Positions 1-9,016 are shown, counted from the first letter of the stretch. The stretch is DNA of 64,000 nucleotides from Patescibacteria group bacterium (GCA_038061235.1 JBBTZS010000002.1:4672-68671); one strand, 5' to 3'. Translations and numbers: made by a program. Notes: generated from the sequence alone by a model not told the origin.

Positions 1-1
1 C

Positions 2-160
2 GAGGTCGGCAAGCACAAGATTTTCATGATGGATCCGGACACGGAATCAGGGATTCGCATCATGCCGATCGAGGAGTTCGAAAGCGTCTGGCACGACACC
101 GAGGGCGGAAAAGAAAAGGTCGAGCGCTGGATGATGGCGATCACGAAATTCAAACAGTAG
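2..160 (+). CDS. 3' end of a CDS entering from upstream (52 codons); tentatively the C-terminal part of a papain-like (C39-like) peptidase domain
   Basis: Frame 2 open from window edge to TAG at 158-160 (..KIFMMDPD..FESVWHD..RWMMAITKFKQ). Family call rests only on recalled motif resemblance. Confidence 0.4.
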   Translation, partial: EVGKHKIFMMDPDTESGIRIMPIEEFESVWHDTEGGKEKVERWMMAITKFKQ

Positions 161-184
161 GGACATGGCGTGCCGTGTCCCTAC
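157..184. repeat. REP-like 28-bp palindrome, copy 1 (GTAGGGACATGGCGTGCCGTGTCCCTAC)
   Basis: Self-complementary with GTAG..CTAC termini. Overlaps the stop codon of the upstream CDS, between convergent genes. Confidence 0.8.
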
Positions 185-190
185 GACACG

Positions 191-430
191 TTATTTTTTC
201 GTATCCAAAAATTTGTTGGTTGCATGCACGAGATATCCGCTCGCAACGGCGATAAATCCGATATCGTCCATCCACCCTACGATCGGGGCAAAATCCGGCA
301 GCACGTCGAGCGGCCAAAACAAATACAGGACGGCAAGCACCGACAGGATCTTCGGCTTCCAATCTGTCTTCGGATCTTTGAGAAATCGCCAGAGGCCGGC
401 AAGATCGGGGACGAACGATATCTTTCTCAT
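191..430 (-). CDS. DUF1232 (YkvA-like) small membrane protein
   Basis: 79-aa ORF with the family-typical WPLDVLPDFAPIVGWMDD segment and hydrophobic helices. Confidence 0.7.
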   Translation of the reverse strand: MRKISFVPDLAGLWRFLKDPKTDWKPKILSVLAVLYLFWPLDVLPDFAPIVGWMDDIGFIAVASGYLVHATNKFLDTKK

Positions 431-442
431 ACACTCATCCTA

Positions 443-510
443 CCAGTTGCCAGTTACCAGTGACCAGTTGCCAGTTGCCTCCCTACTCCCTACTTACTCC
501 CCCCTGCTAC
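443..510. repeat. Tandem heptanucleotide arrays (CCAGTTG/CCAGTTA/CCAGTGA x5, then CCCTACT-type units)
   Basis: 7-nt periodicity read directly, in the divergent intergenic region between 191-430(-) and 521-2332(+). Confidence 0.85.
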
Positions 511-520
511 ACTTCTGCGG

Positions 521-2332
521 ATGATACCGCGGCGCGACACATGGATCGAATACGCGTTGGTCCTCTTACCGGGACTCGGCTTGATAGTCGTTCGCGTATG
601 GCCCTGGACATGGCCGTTTCTCGTCGGATCCGCGCTTGCGGCCGCGCTTCCCTTTTTCCTCGCCACGTTGCGCGGGTTGCTCGACCGTCGGTTTGCGACG
701 GAGGCGTTTCCCGTCGTCGCGTTCTTCTCGCTTCTCTTGTTGCGCGATTGGAATGCGGCGGCGGCCATCGTGCTCATTCTCGGAATGCTCCGGTTGGCCG
801 AACAGCGTATGGAAGACCGCTCGCTTGCCGCGCTCGGCGAATCGCTCACGGACATCCGGTCGGTGGCCCGCCCGGACGAAATCGTCACGCTTGAGGCCGG
901 CGACCGCGTCCCAGCCGACGGAACGATCGTCCATGGAACGGCCTTCGTAGACCAAGCGCTCATCACGGGCGAACAGGAATCCGTCGAGCGTCGGACCGGA
1001 GATCCGGTATTCGCCGGCACGAGTCTGCGCGCCGGCTCGATCAAAGTACGCGTCCGCGCCGTCGGCGGAGACACGCTCATGGAGCGCATGCGCGCCGTCA
1101 TCCTGGACGCGCATCGATGGCCGTCGGCCGCGGAACGGGTCGCGGGCCACGTATCCGCCTTTTCCTATTGGGTGCTCGCGTTACTCGCCATGATCGTCTG
1201 GTTTTTTTTCAAGGACATCGAGCGGTTAGCGGCCGTGTTGCTGGTCCTACGGCCTGATGCGCTCGAAGCCGTCGTATCCCTGACCGCTTCGTTGGCCGCG
1301 GCGGCGGCGGGCAGGCTCGGGGCGATGGTCCGCGGCGGGGACGCGCTTGATCGACTGGCAACCGCGAATGTCGCCGTCTTCGATAAATCGGGGCCACTGA
1401 CGTTTGACGAGATACGCATCGGTCGACTGGAGCATGACCGGGAAATCAGCGACGCGTACGTCTGGGAATGTATCGCCGTCGCCGAGTCATCGTCGCGCCA
1501 TCCGGTCGGCCGCGCCCTGTATCGCGAGGCCATGCGACATATCGGTCGGGTGAGCGAAGCCGAATCGCTGCAGAATTATCCCGGACGCGGAGTCGTGGCG
1601 TCCCTTGGCGGACACGAGATCGTCGTAGGGACGGCCGAGCTGCACCGTGCCTACGGCGTCACGTTTGACGGAGCATGGCTCGTGGGATCCACGACACCGA
1701 TAGAGGGCCGCGTCTCGGACGGTTTTCTCGCGTTGGACGGCCGCTGCGTCGCGCGTCTGCGTATTGAGGAGCATCCGCGTACGGACATCCGGTCCGCGTT
1801 GGAGCGCCTGCGCGCGCTCGGCGTAACGCGCGACGTCTTGTTCACGCCGGACACCGTGCGCATCGCCGCAAAACAGGCCGCAACCGTCGGTTTGTCCGAT
1901 TACCGCCCGTCCATGACGCCGGCAGAAAAGTGGAAAGAGCTCGGGCGGCTCTCGCAAGAGGGACGCGTGCTTTTGATCGGCGACGGCATTCAAGATGCGG
2001 TGGCGATGAATCGCGCGCATATCGGAGTCGCCGTCGTTCCCGACGGAACCCCGGTCGAGGGGGTTCGCATCGCGCTTGCGGCGGACGAACTTTCCCGACT
2101 GCCGGATCTTCTCGTGCTCGGCCGCGTGTTCCGCGGCGTCATCCGTCTGCAGTCCGTGATCTGGATCGTGACGGGACTCTTTGGCCTGATCCTCACGTCT
2201 TTTGGATGGCTGACTCCCGTCTCCGCGGCCGGGTACGCCTTCACGACATCCGTCGTGCTCCATGCATTCACGTTTCGCATCCTCCCGAAAAAGAAACCGC
2301 ATGGACAGACGGCTCAAAACAAGGGAACATAA
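521..2332 (+). CDS. Divergent P-type (P1B-like) ATPase homologue with altered catalytic motifs
   Basis: 603-aa ORF. TGE (LITGEQ), PADG and SxHP (SSRHP) motifs present. Phosphorylation loop reads DKSGPLT (canonical DKTGT), the TM6 CPC position reads RPD, the hinge reads GDGIQD (canonical GDGxND). No N-terminal metal-binding domain. Confidence 0.7.
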   Translation: MIPRRDTWIEYALVLLPGLGLIVVRVWPWTWPFLVGSALAAALPFFLATLRGLLDRRFATEAFPVVAFFSLLLLRDWNAAAAIVLILGMLRLAEQRMEDRSLAALGESLTDIRSVARPDEIVTLEAGDRVPADGTIVHGTAFVDQALITGEQESVERRTGDPVFAGTSLRAGSIKVRVRAVGGDTLMERMRAVILDAHRWPSAAERVAGHVSAFSYWVLALLAMIVWFFFKDIERLAAVLLVLRPDALEAVVSLTASLAAAAAGRLGAMVRGGDALDRLATANVAVFDKSGPLTFDEIRIGRLEHDREISDAYVWECIAVAESSSRHPVGRALYREAMRHIGRVSEAESLQNYPGRGVVASLGGHEIVVGTAELHRAYGVTFDGAWLVGSTTPIEGRVSDGFLALDGRCVARLRIEEHPRTDIRSALERLRALGVTRDVLFTPDTVRIAAKQAATVGLSDYRPSMTPAEKWKELGRLSQEGRVLLIGDGIQDAVAMNRAHIGVAVVPDGTPVEGVRIALAADELSRLPDLLVLGRVFRGVIRLQSVIWIVTGLFGLILTSFGWLTPVSAAGYAFTTSVVLHAFTFRILPKKKPHGQTAQNKGT

Positions 2333-2336
2333 GCCC

Positions 2337-3197
2337 ATGACAGGCCGTCGATGGGTTCGGGCGTTTAAAACGCATCTCATTCCTCATGAAGGAAATGATC
2401 ATCATCCGCACGCGTTGCGTCACCGGGGGTTGATCGGGTTCAGCCTCCTCTTGATCGCGTTCAAAGGCGCGGTCGTGGTCGTCCCGTTCGCCGTAGCGAT
2501 CGTGACGCATGCCGATGAAGCCGTTATCCCCATCACGCCGACGACCGTGATCGAGCTGAGTAACCGGGTTCGCGCGTCACTGGAACTCCCTCCGCTCGTC
2601 ACGGATGAGCGGCTCTCGCAAGCCGCGCAAGCGAAAGCCGACGACATGGCCACACGCGGATACTTTGCCCACGCGTCTTTGGACGAAAGGACGGCGCTCG
2701 ACCGCATCCGCCACGCCGGGTATCCCGCGCGTTATGCGGCGGAAAACCTGGCCGTGCATTTCATGACGGCGCAGGACGTTCAGCGCGGATGGATGGACAG
2801 TCCGTCGCATCGCTCCATCCTCCTCGACGAGCGATACAAAGACAGCGGCGTAGGCGTAGCCTACGGCTTTTTTGAGGGGCGCGAGACGACGTTCGTGGTT
2901 CATCTCTTCGGAACAAAGGTGGAATCGGCCATGCCCGAAGCCCCGCCCCGCCTTGTCACGAACGCCGTCCTCGCTTCAACCGACGCGGTTGAAACGGGAT
3001 CCGGACGCGTGCTCGCGCAAACGTTTTCCGCGGAGCGGGTCGACGGCGCCGTCCGCGAACTCTATTTGTACGCCATCGCTTTTCTTACGGCGCTCCTCCT
3101 CATCACGCTCGTCATCCGTTTCCGCGTCCTTCACGTCGCCTCGATCTCGCATACCATGCTCGTGATCGGCTTCGCCATTATCCTGATGCTTGTGTAG
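2337..3197 (+). CDS. CAP/SCP (YkwD-like) domain protein with flanking TM segments
   Basis: ORF 2262-3197; ATG at 2337 avoids overlap with the upstream gene. Central segment AKADDMATRGYFAH..GWMDSPSHRSILLD..YKDSGVG is typical of the CAP domain. Confidence 0.7.
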   Translation: MTGRRWVRAFKTHLIPHEGNDHHPHALRHRGLIGFSLLLIAFKGAVVVVPFAVAIVTHADEAVIPITPTTVIELSNRVRASLELPPLVTDERLSQAAQAKADDMATRGYFAHASLDERTALDRIRHAGYPARYAAENLAVHFMTAQDVQRGWMDSPSHRSILLDERYKDSGVGVAYGFFEGRETTFVVHLFGTKVESAMPEAPPRLVTNAVLASTDAVETGSGRVLAQTFSAERVDGAVRELYLYAIAFLTALLLITLVIRFRVLHVASISHTMLVIGFAIILMLV

Positions 3198-3198
3198 C

Positions 3199-3309
3199 GA
3201 CAAGGGACAAAGAGCAAAGAGCAGCTCCAGATTGGAACTGCTCTTTGCTCTTTGCTCTTTTCTAACTGCCCCCGCTCTCTGCTCTTTGTTTACTGTTCTC
3301 TGTGCTTAG
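3199..3309. repeat. Composite AAGAGCA/TGCTCTT heptamer hairpin element, copy A
   Basis: GACAAAGAGCAAAGAGCAG-13 nt loop-CTGCTCTTTGCTCTTTGCTC followed by a CTCTGCTCTTTGTTTACTGTTCTCTG tail. Near-identical organisation at 40808-40905. Confidence 0.85.
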
Positions 3310-4193
3310 TCGATCGTCACGTTCGCTTCCAACTGCCCCGTGACGCTGTACTGGCTCGCAAGATCGATGTCCGGACCGAACGTATAGTCGTTATAAAACA
3401 CGTCGGAAATGTCATCGATTTTGGTGTTCCAGTTTTCGCCATACAGCGAGCGGGCGACGTCCTCCGTCTTTACCCAACGCAATGTGCCGTCGCGTTCCAC
3501 TGCATACACTTTGTTCAGCGTAGTAAATTTCACCATACGCGATCCCGGGCGGTAACGCACGTTCGAACCAAGCTGATACGCGGCGAGCTCCGTCAACGAA
3601 ATTTCCCGTACCGTATCGAAATTCTGATACCAAGTGAAAAAGATACGGCTATTGGGGAACGCATGACGGCGTTCGTCACGACCGACGTAATAGACGGCAC
3701 GACAAGGATCATCCACGCCCGCCCCTCCCGGACAGACGAGCTTAATGAGTCTCCGAACGACATCGTCCGGCGGCGCGGGAGTCGGCTCGGGTTCCGGTGG
3801 CGGTATCGTATCGCCTCCGCCACCCAACGGCGGTTCGTTTTGAAGTTGGCCCGTGACCCAAATCGCCGTATTCGGACCTGCGGCAATCCCGCCCGCCGTG
3901 TCGCGGCAGAACACGAACGCGATGCGTGATCCGCCAAAGGGAAACGTGTACGACTTGCTCACCGTTCCGGCCGAAACGGTCATCGCGCCCGCATCCTCCA
4001 AGTCCACGTACAAGTTACAGGACTGGATCGGTACCGAGGATTGGACGGTGGTGGAAAAAATAATGGGATTGTTCGCGGAAGCGGAAACCGGCGTAACCGA
4101 GCCGATCGTCGGGGCGGCTAAAGCCGGGGCGGCGGCCGCAAGCAGGGCGGCGCCGGAAATGGCGGCGGCCGAGCGAAAAAGAAAACGTTTCAT
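3306..4193 (-). CDS. Secreted hypothetical protein
   Basis: 295-aa ORF with signal peptide MKRFLFRSAAAISGAALLAAAAPALA. No family recognised. Confidence 0.6.
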   Translation of the reverse strand: MKRFLFRSAAAISGAALLAAAAPALAAPTIGSVTPVSASANNPIIFSTTVQSSVPIQSCNLYVDLEDAGAMTVSAGTVSKSYTFPFGGSRIAFVFCRDTAGGIAAGPNTAIWVTGQLQNEPPLGGGGDTIPPPEPEPTPAPPDDVVRRLIKLVCPGGAGVDDPCRAVYYVGRDERRHAFPNSRIFFTWYQNFDTVREISLTELAAYQLGSNVRYRPGSRMVKFTTLNKVYAVERDGTLRWVKTEDVARSLYGENWNTKIDDISDVFYNDYTFGPDIDLASQYSVTGQLEANVTID

Positions 4194-4209
4194 GACGGGC
4201 AGTATACCG

Positions 4210-4578
4210 CTATTGACGCTTGCGAGGCCAGATCTTCGGATACGTGTCGGACAAGACCGCCAACGCGCCGGCGAGCAATCCGATATCGCGCACGGTAATC
4301 GCGTTAATACCGCTCACCGTCAACACGACGGCAATATGGAAGGCGGCCAGAGCCGCCGCGATCCAGGTCCACACGCCGACCAGAAGTAAAACGCCCACCA
4401 CGATGTCGAGAATGGCCGTGCCGATCATCATCTGCCTGATGGGAAGCGGCAATAGCTCCATCGCCCAAGGCTGCAAATATCCGCCCCAAGCCTCCGGCGA
4501 TTTCAAAATGAGGATGCCGATCCACAAAAAGGTGATCGCGAGCCCGACACGCAACAGATGGAAGGACGCTTGTTTCAT
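4210..4578 (-). CDS. DoxX-like integral membrane protein
   Basis: 122-aa ORF with four hydrophobic helices and a DoxX-like N-terminus (LLRVGLAITFLWIG). Confidence 0.55.
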   Translation of the reverse strand: MKQASFHLLRVGLAITFLWIGILILKSPEAWGGYLQPWAMELLPLPIRQMMIGTAILDIVVGVLLLVGVWTWIAAALAAFHIAVVLTVSGINAITVRDIGLLAGALAVLSDTYPKIWPRKRQ

Positions 4579-4588
4579 ATGAATCGAT

Positions 4589-5002
4589 CTAGTAGATAAT
4601 AAAATATATCCTGAGTATACACGCCATACCCCATACCGTAAACGCCGACATCAGACACCAAAAACACCACGCCTTGAGTACGCGCCACTGGATGTACACG
4701 AGCAAAAGCGACAAGAGGGACGCCACTGCCAGCATGAGCGCGAATACATCGACCAATAATTGTTCCGGGCCTATCTCCAATACGAGCAGCGCGGTCAACA
4801 CCGAAGCCGCGATATAAAAGAGCAAGCCGGCGACATCGTTATGGAAGCCGAAGAGCTTGTTGTACTTGCTCGTCAGCACCATCGCGCACTGACCGCCGAT
4901 GAGGCACACGGGTTGCTCCGCCGCCCTTCTCGTCCGAATGAGATAAACAACCTCGCTTATGCCGATGGCGGCGAGGGTAAAAAGAAGGGCAAAGGCGGAC
5001 AT
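4589..5002 (-). CDS. Vitamin K epoxide reductase (VKOR) family protein
   Basis: 137-aa membrane ORF with a loop cysteine pair (CLIGGQC) and a CFWC redox motif in the last helix. Confidence 0.7.
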   Translation of the reverse strand: MSAFALLFTLAAIGISEVVYLIRTRRAAEQPVCLIGGQCAMVLTSKYNKLFGFHNDVAGLLFYIAASVLTALLVLEIGPEQLLVDVFALMLAVASLLSLLLVYIQWRVLKAWCFWCLMSAFTVWGMACILRIYFIIY

Positions 5003-5016
5003 GGGGGCGTGAGAAA

Positions 5017-5820
5017 CTATTTGATCGGGATCGTCGCGCTCGCGAGCTTGGCGAGATCCGTGTCCGTGATCCCGAGGCTATAGAGCCGCATTACCTGATA
5101 AGCCTCTTCGCCATTCTGGAGATAATACATCTTCAAATCCTTCGGATGGATATAATACGCCTCGCCCTTGGCCTGCGCGCGCAACACGATGCGGCCGCGC
5201 AACTTGTTTTTTAGCGTGTAGCTCCCGGATTTCATCGATTCATAATCCTCCTCCGAAACGCCGAGGCTAAACGAGCGCATCATCTGATACGCCGCCGGAC
5301 CGTCCTTCATGTAATACCGTTTTGATGTGATCGGATCGACGTACCACGCCTCACCGTGTTGTTCGACCTGGAGCAGGATATAGCCCTTCGTTTTGCTCAA
5401 CACGGTCGTATCGGAGGTGACACGCTCTAAGCCAAGATCCTCCGATGTCAGGGAACCGGATGAAACCGGCTTGCTTGGATATTCGGACATGTACGCGTGA
5501 TACGAAGACCACGTCGTCCCGGTCCGCTGTGCGCCCGTGTCGAGGAATTGCTGACCGATCCAGCCGCGACCGCCGTTCCACGCGATGCGATACCAACCGT
5601 CCGTGAAACCGATCACATCAACGCTCGCGCCGACGGCAAGCGTGGTCAGAATCGTCGATCCCTCCATGCAGGCATGATCGCGCATAAAAACACCTGACTT
5701 GATCGTCCCCTTCCCTGAATACTGATGCACCGGATCGACGTAGCAACCACCGGCATGTACCGTCGGAATCATCGCAAACATGAACGAAAAAACGCTCAAA
5801 AATGAAAGGATTTTTTTCAT
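5017..5820 (-). CDS. Secreted SH3b-domain protein with two C-terminal repeats
   Basis: ORF 5017-5919; ATG at 5820 gives signal peptide MKKILSFLSVFSFMFAMIPTVHA. SH3b-like GASVDVIGFTDGWYRIAWNGGRGWIG. Duplicated GEAWYVDP..YYM / GEAYYIHP..YYL modules. Confidence 0.65.
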   Translation of the reverse strand: MKKILSFLSVFSFMFAMIPTVHAGGCYVDPVHQYSGKGTIKSGVFMRDHACMEGSTILTTLAVGASVDVIGFTDGWYRIAWNGGRGWIGQQFLDTGAQRTGTTWSSYHAYMSEYPSKPVSSGSLTSEDLGLERVTSDTTVLSKTKGYILLQVEQHGEAWYVDPITSKRYYMKDGPAAYQMMRSFSLGVSEEDYESMKSGSYTLKNKLRGRIVLRAQAKGEAYYIHPKDLKMYYLQNGEEAYQVMRLYSLGITDTDLAKLASATIPIK

Positions 5821-5915
5821 ATATCTCCATCCTAGATCAAAAACCGTACCCATGCGAGTGCAATATGTATCTGGCCTTATGCAGGTGTTTTTATAAAGAA
5901 TCGATGTGCCGCCTT

Positions 5916-6119
5916 TCATCCCTCGATATATTGCACCCTCCCCACTTCTCCCGTTTCGAGACGCACCTTGATACCTCGAGGATGAATTGACGCGCTCGTC
6001 AAAAGCTCTTTCACGACGCCGTAGGTCACTTCTCCCGTTTTTTGATGCTCTTTTTTCACGATCGCCACGCGTAAACCGGGACGGATATTTTTGCGGATCG
6101 TATGGTCGACGTACTGCAT
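5916..6119 (-). CDS. YwbE-family small protein (DUF2196)
   Basis: 67-aa ORF; RPGLRVAIVKKEHQKTGEVTYGVVKELLT..HPRGIKVRLETG matches the recalled YwbE pattern. Confidence 0.7.
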   Translation of the reverse strand: MQYVDHTIRKNIRPGLRVAIVKKEHQKTGEVTYGVVKELLTSASIHPRGIKVRLETGEVGRVQYIEG

Positions 6120-6128
6120 ACGATGACG

Positions 6129-8009
6129 TTAAACCAAAACCTCCTCCTGCGCGACCCCATGACGCGGCGCCGTCTTTAAAATAAGTCGAGCGAATCTCAA
6201 TTCATCATAGGAATAGGAGTCTCCAAGCTGGGCGCGAACCGGCGCAAGAAAATCGTTTCCGGTTTTGCGGAAGGCTTCCGCGATACGCGTCAAGCGTTCT
6301 TCGGAGGAAAAGGTGACATGCGACGCGTCCAGCGCTCGCCCTTGTTCAAGGGCTTTTTCCAAGTGCTGAATGACCGTTCCGACGCCGATATTCCGTATCT
6401 CTGCAATACGCTCCGGCGTTTCTTTCGCGTCGAACAAACGAACCGTCTCAAGCATCGTGCTCGTGAGAGCGCGCCTTGTAGACGCCCTGCTTCGAACGAC
6501 GGTTTGCGCCACATCCTGCTCCCCGATCCCCCGTTCAGACGCGTAGGAGCGGATCACCTGCAAAAACGGTTCTCCAAACTGCGCAAGCTTGCCTTTGCCC
6601 ACGCCAAACACCTGCGCCAACCGCTCCGTATGTTGCGGAAATGAGCGAGCCATCTCCTGCAACGTCTTATCGCCAAAAATCATGTACGGCGGAACGCGCG
6701 CGTCTTCGGCGAGACGGCGGCGTAAGGCGCGAAGTTGTTCGAAAAGATCGCGGTCGAATTCCGTAGGCGCTTCGGCATCCGATTCTGTCGCCGCCGGAGG
6801 CACGCAAATATCACAGGCTCCGCAATTCGCCTCAGGCCAAGCCTCGCCAAAATAATTCAACAGAAAGGCGCGGCGACACGTGCGTAACTCGCCGTACTTC
6901 ATCATTTCCTGGAGCTGGCGACGCGTTCGTTGTCGCTCCTCCGGATCCTCCATCCCGCGAATAAAATATTCATGCTTGACGCGATCGCCTGTCGAAAAAA
7001 ACAAAAGACAATCGCTTGGCAAACCGTCTCGGCCCGCGCGACCCGTCTCTTGATAATAGCCCTCGGCCGACTTGGGCAAATCCATATGCACGATCAATCG
7101 CACGTCCGGCTTATCAATCCCCATGCCAAACGCGATCGTCGCCGTAATGACCGGAGTCTGATCGCGGATAAACCGCTCCTGAACGCGCGTCCGCTCGGCA
7201 GACGTAAGGCCCGCATGATACGCCGCGGCCTTTACTCCGTTCGCACGCAAGTCAGCCGCAATTTTTTCCGTGGATTTGCGTGAGAAGCAATAAATGATGG
7301 CGGATGACTCGGGTCGGCGTTTTAACTCCGCAAGCAATCGGTCAAACGAACGTTTTTTAGGCAAGACACGATACGTAAGATTTGGCCGATTAAAACTCGA
7401 CCTAAAGATGCGACCCTCCTCCAATTTTAAGTGGCTTACGATATCGTCGCGCACGCGCGCATTGGCCGTTGCCGTCAACGCCATGACCGGAATGCCCGGA
7501 AAATACTGGTGGAGAAGCATATTCCGATAGTCGGGACGAAAATCATGACCCCACTCGGAGATACAATGCGCTTCATCAACGGCAATGAGGCTGATCGAAA
7601 GCGTCCGGAGAAAATGGCGCACTTCGGGCTTTGTGAGCCGCTCGGGAGCAAGATACAAAAGCTTGATTCGCCCTTGCGCCGCCTTTGCCTCGACCTGTGT
7701 CATCTCGCTCGGAGATAACGTACTATTCCAAAACGCTGCCGGAATCCCGTTCGCATTGAGCGCATCCACTTGATCTTTCATCAACGCGACCAATGGCGAG
7801 ACGACCACCGTTAAACCGGAAAAAGCGAGGGCCGGTATTTGATAGCAAAGAGATTTACCGCCGCCGGTCGGCATTAAAACCAACGCATTCTTTCCCAAAA
7901 GGCAATGTTCGATGATTTCCTCCTGAAACGGACGGAACGACTCGTACCCAAAATGTTTTTTTAGCAGTTCAAGGATCATACGCTTTCTTCTACCACGTTC
8001 CATAAACAA
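6129..8009 (-). CDS. recQ: ATP-dependent DNA helicase RecQ
   Basis: 626-aa ORF: FGYESFRPFQ, Walker A PTGGGKSLCYQ, DEAH box (VDEAHC), a four-Cys cluster (zinc-finger-like), C-terminal HRDC-like region. Alternative start at 7979. Confidence 0.92.
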   Translation of the reverse strand: MFMERGRRKRMILELLKKHFGYESFRPFQEEIIEHCLLGKNALVLMPTGGGKSLCYQIPALAFSGLTVVVSPLVALMKDQVDALNANGIPAAFWNSTLSPSEMTQVEAKAAQGRIKLLYLAPERLTKPEVRHFLRTLSISLIAVDEAHCISEWGHDFRPDYRNMLLHQYFPGIPVMALTATANARVRDDIVSHLKLEEGRIFRSSFNRPNLTYRVLPKKRSFDRLLAELKRRPESSAIIYCFSRKSTEKIAADLRANGVKAAAYHAGLTSAERTRVQERFIRDQTPVITATIAFGMGIDKPDVRLIVHMDLPKSAEGYYQETGRAGRDGLPSDCLLFFSTGDRVKHEYFIRGMEDPEERQRTRRQLQEMMKYGELRTCRRAFLLNYFGEAWPEANCGACDICVPPAATESDAEAPTEFDRDLFEQLRALRRRLAEDARVPPYMIFGDKTLQEMARSFPQHTERLAQVFGVGKGKLAQFGEPFLQVIRSYASERGIGEQDVAQTVVRSRASTRRALTSTMLETVRLFDAKETPERIAEIRNIGVGTVIQHLEKALEQGRALDASHVTFSSEERLTRIAEAFRKTGNDFLAPVRAQLGDSYSYDELRFARLILKTAPRHGVAQEEVLV

Positions 8010-8115
8010 AAGCCCCTGTCAAGATGCCTTTGCCCTTGCCAAAGGAAAAAAAATGACATATGATCAGCCGGCGAAATTGACCACGTAAAGCACTCTGTGC
8101 CACGTGGCGAGACAT

Positions 8116-8191
8116 GGTGGCCATGGTGAAACGGTTATCACAGCAGGTTGTGGTCCTGTTATTACGGGTTCGATTCCCGTTGGCCACCCCA
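8116..8191 (+). tRNA. tRNA-His(GTG) with encoded G-1 and CCA
   Basis: Hand-folded cloverleaf: G-1 + GTGGCCA/TGGCCAC acceptor, D stem GTGA/TCAC, anticodon loop TTGTGGT, T arm ACGGG-TTCGATT-CCCGT, C73, CCA. Confidence 0.9.
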
Positions 8192-8200
8192 TCGAGAATA

Positions 8201-8226
8201 AACCTCCTCAACACGGGAGGTTTTCT
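8201..8226 (+). terminator. Rho-independent terminator after tRNA-His
   Basis: AACCTCC-loop-GGAGGTT hairpin followed by a T-rich tract. Confidence 0.6.
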
Positions 8227-8568
8227 CGTACATAGGGGCTTTTTTGAGAGGTTCTAACCGTTTTATATCCATTTTGATGCTTTCCAGTGCGTTGGAAATG
8301 GGAACAATCCATTCTGCTTTCAGTTCGCGGCGCATGGCGAGAAGTTTTTCCATGCTCTCTACTGAGATGTTTTTTTCAATGCCCATTGCGATCCAGTCGA
8401 AGCCTACAAACGGCATGTGAAAGCCGTGATGGAAGACCCGGACTACGCATCTGCGTTTTACGCGCAGGATGTGACGCTATCTTATCTGTTCGGATATCTT
8501 GAGCTTGGCGAGTATCCGATAAGAACCGAGGAAATTAGCCAATCTGGCGTTAATGAGTAACTGCGACT

Positions 8569-8835
8569 ATGCTAGAGACTATGCAATACGATTTCATTGA
8601 AAGGTTCAAAGCGATGAGCGACGCTGAACTCGTGGAGGCTTTCAACAAGGAGGTCGGTAATCCGGGATGGGTTAGCGCGAGAGCAGAGTATTTAACCGTA
8701 TTACATCGCGAGTTCGATGAGCGTGGATTTGATTACTCGGTCATCGGTAACGAGGGCGGCCTATCTCTCTCACGAGAAGTGGGACTGGAGGGAAAGAAAA
8801 TCATAATAGTTGATAAAGCAGACCAGACGTTGTAA
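8569..8835 (+). CDS. Hypothetical protein in the low-GC islet
   Basis: 88-aa ORF followed by a hairpin/T-run at about 8873-8920. No family recognised. Confidence 0.5.
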   Translation: MLETMQYDFIERFKAMSDAELVEAFNKEVGNPGWVSARAEYLTVLHREFDERGFDYSVIGNEGGLSLSREVGLEGKKIIIVDKADQTL

Positions 8836-8938
8836 GGTACAGCTAATCATGACCTACCACTTCAGGAGAATATAACCCGCACAGCCGTTCACCTTTCGTG
8901 AGCGGTCTTTGCGGGTTTTTGATTTGTTCGATTCTCCT

Positions 8939-9015
8939 GCCCTCGTAGCTCAACTGGATAGAGCAAGGCGTTTCTACCGCCAAGGCTGTAGGTTCAAATC
9001 CTATCGAGGGCGCCA
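8939..9015 (+). tRNA. tRNA-Arg(TCT)
   Basis: Acceptor GCCCTCG/CGAGGGC, D arm GCTC-AACTGGATA-GAGC, anticodon loop TTTCTAC, T arm GTAGG-TTCAAAT-CCTAT, G73, CCA. A27:A43 mismatch. Confidence 0.8.
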
Positions 9016-9016
9016 C

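Noticed and set aside
8162-8416. 84-aa minus-strand ORF whose 3' end overlaps tRNA-His.
   Set aside because: The last 30 nt run into the tRNA gene and there is no recognisable family. It could be a remnant ORF of the islet, but I cannot support it.
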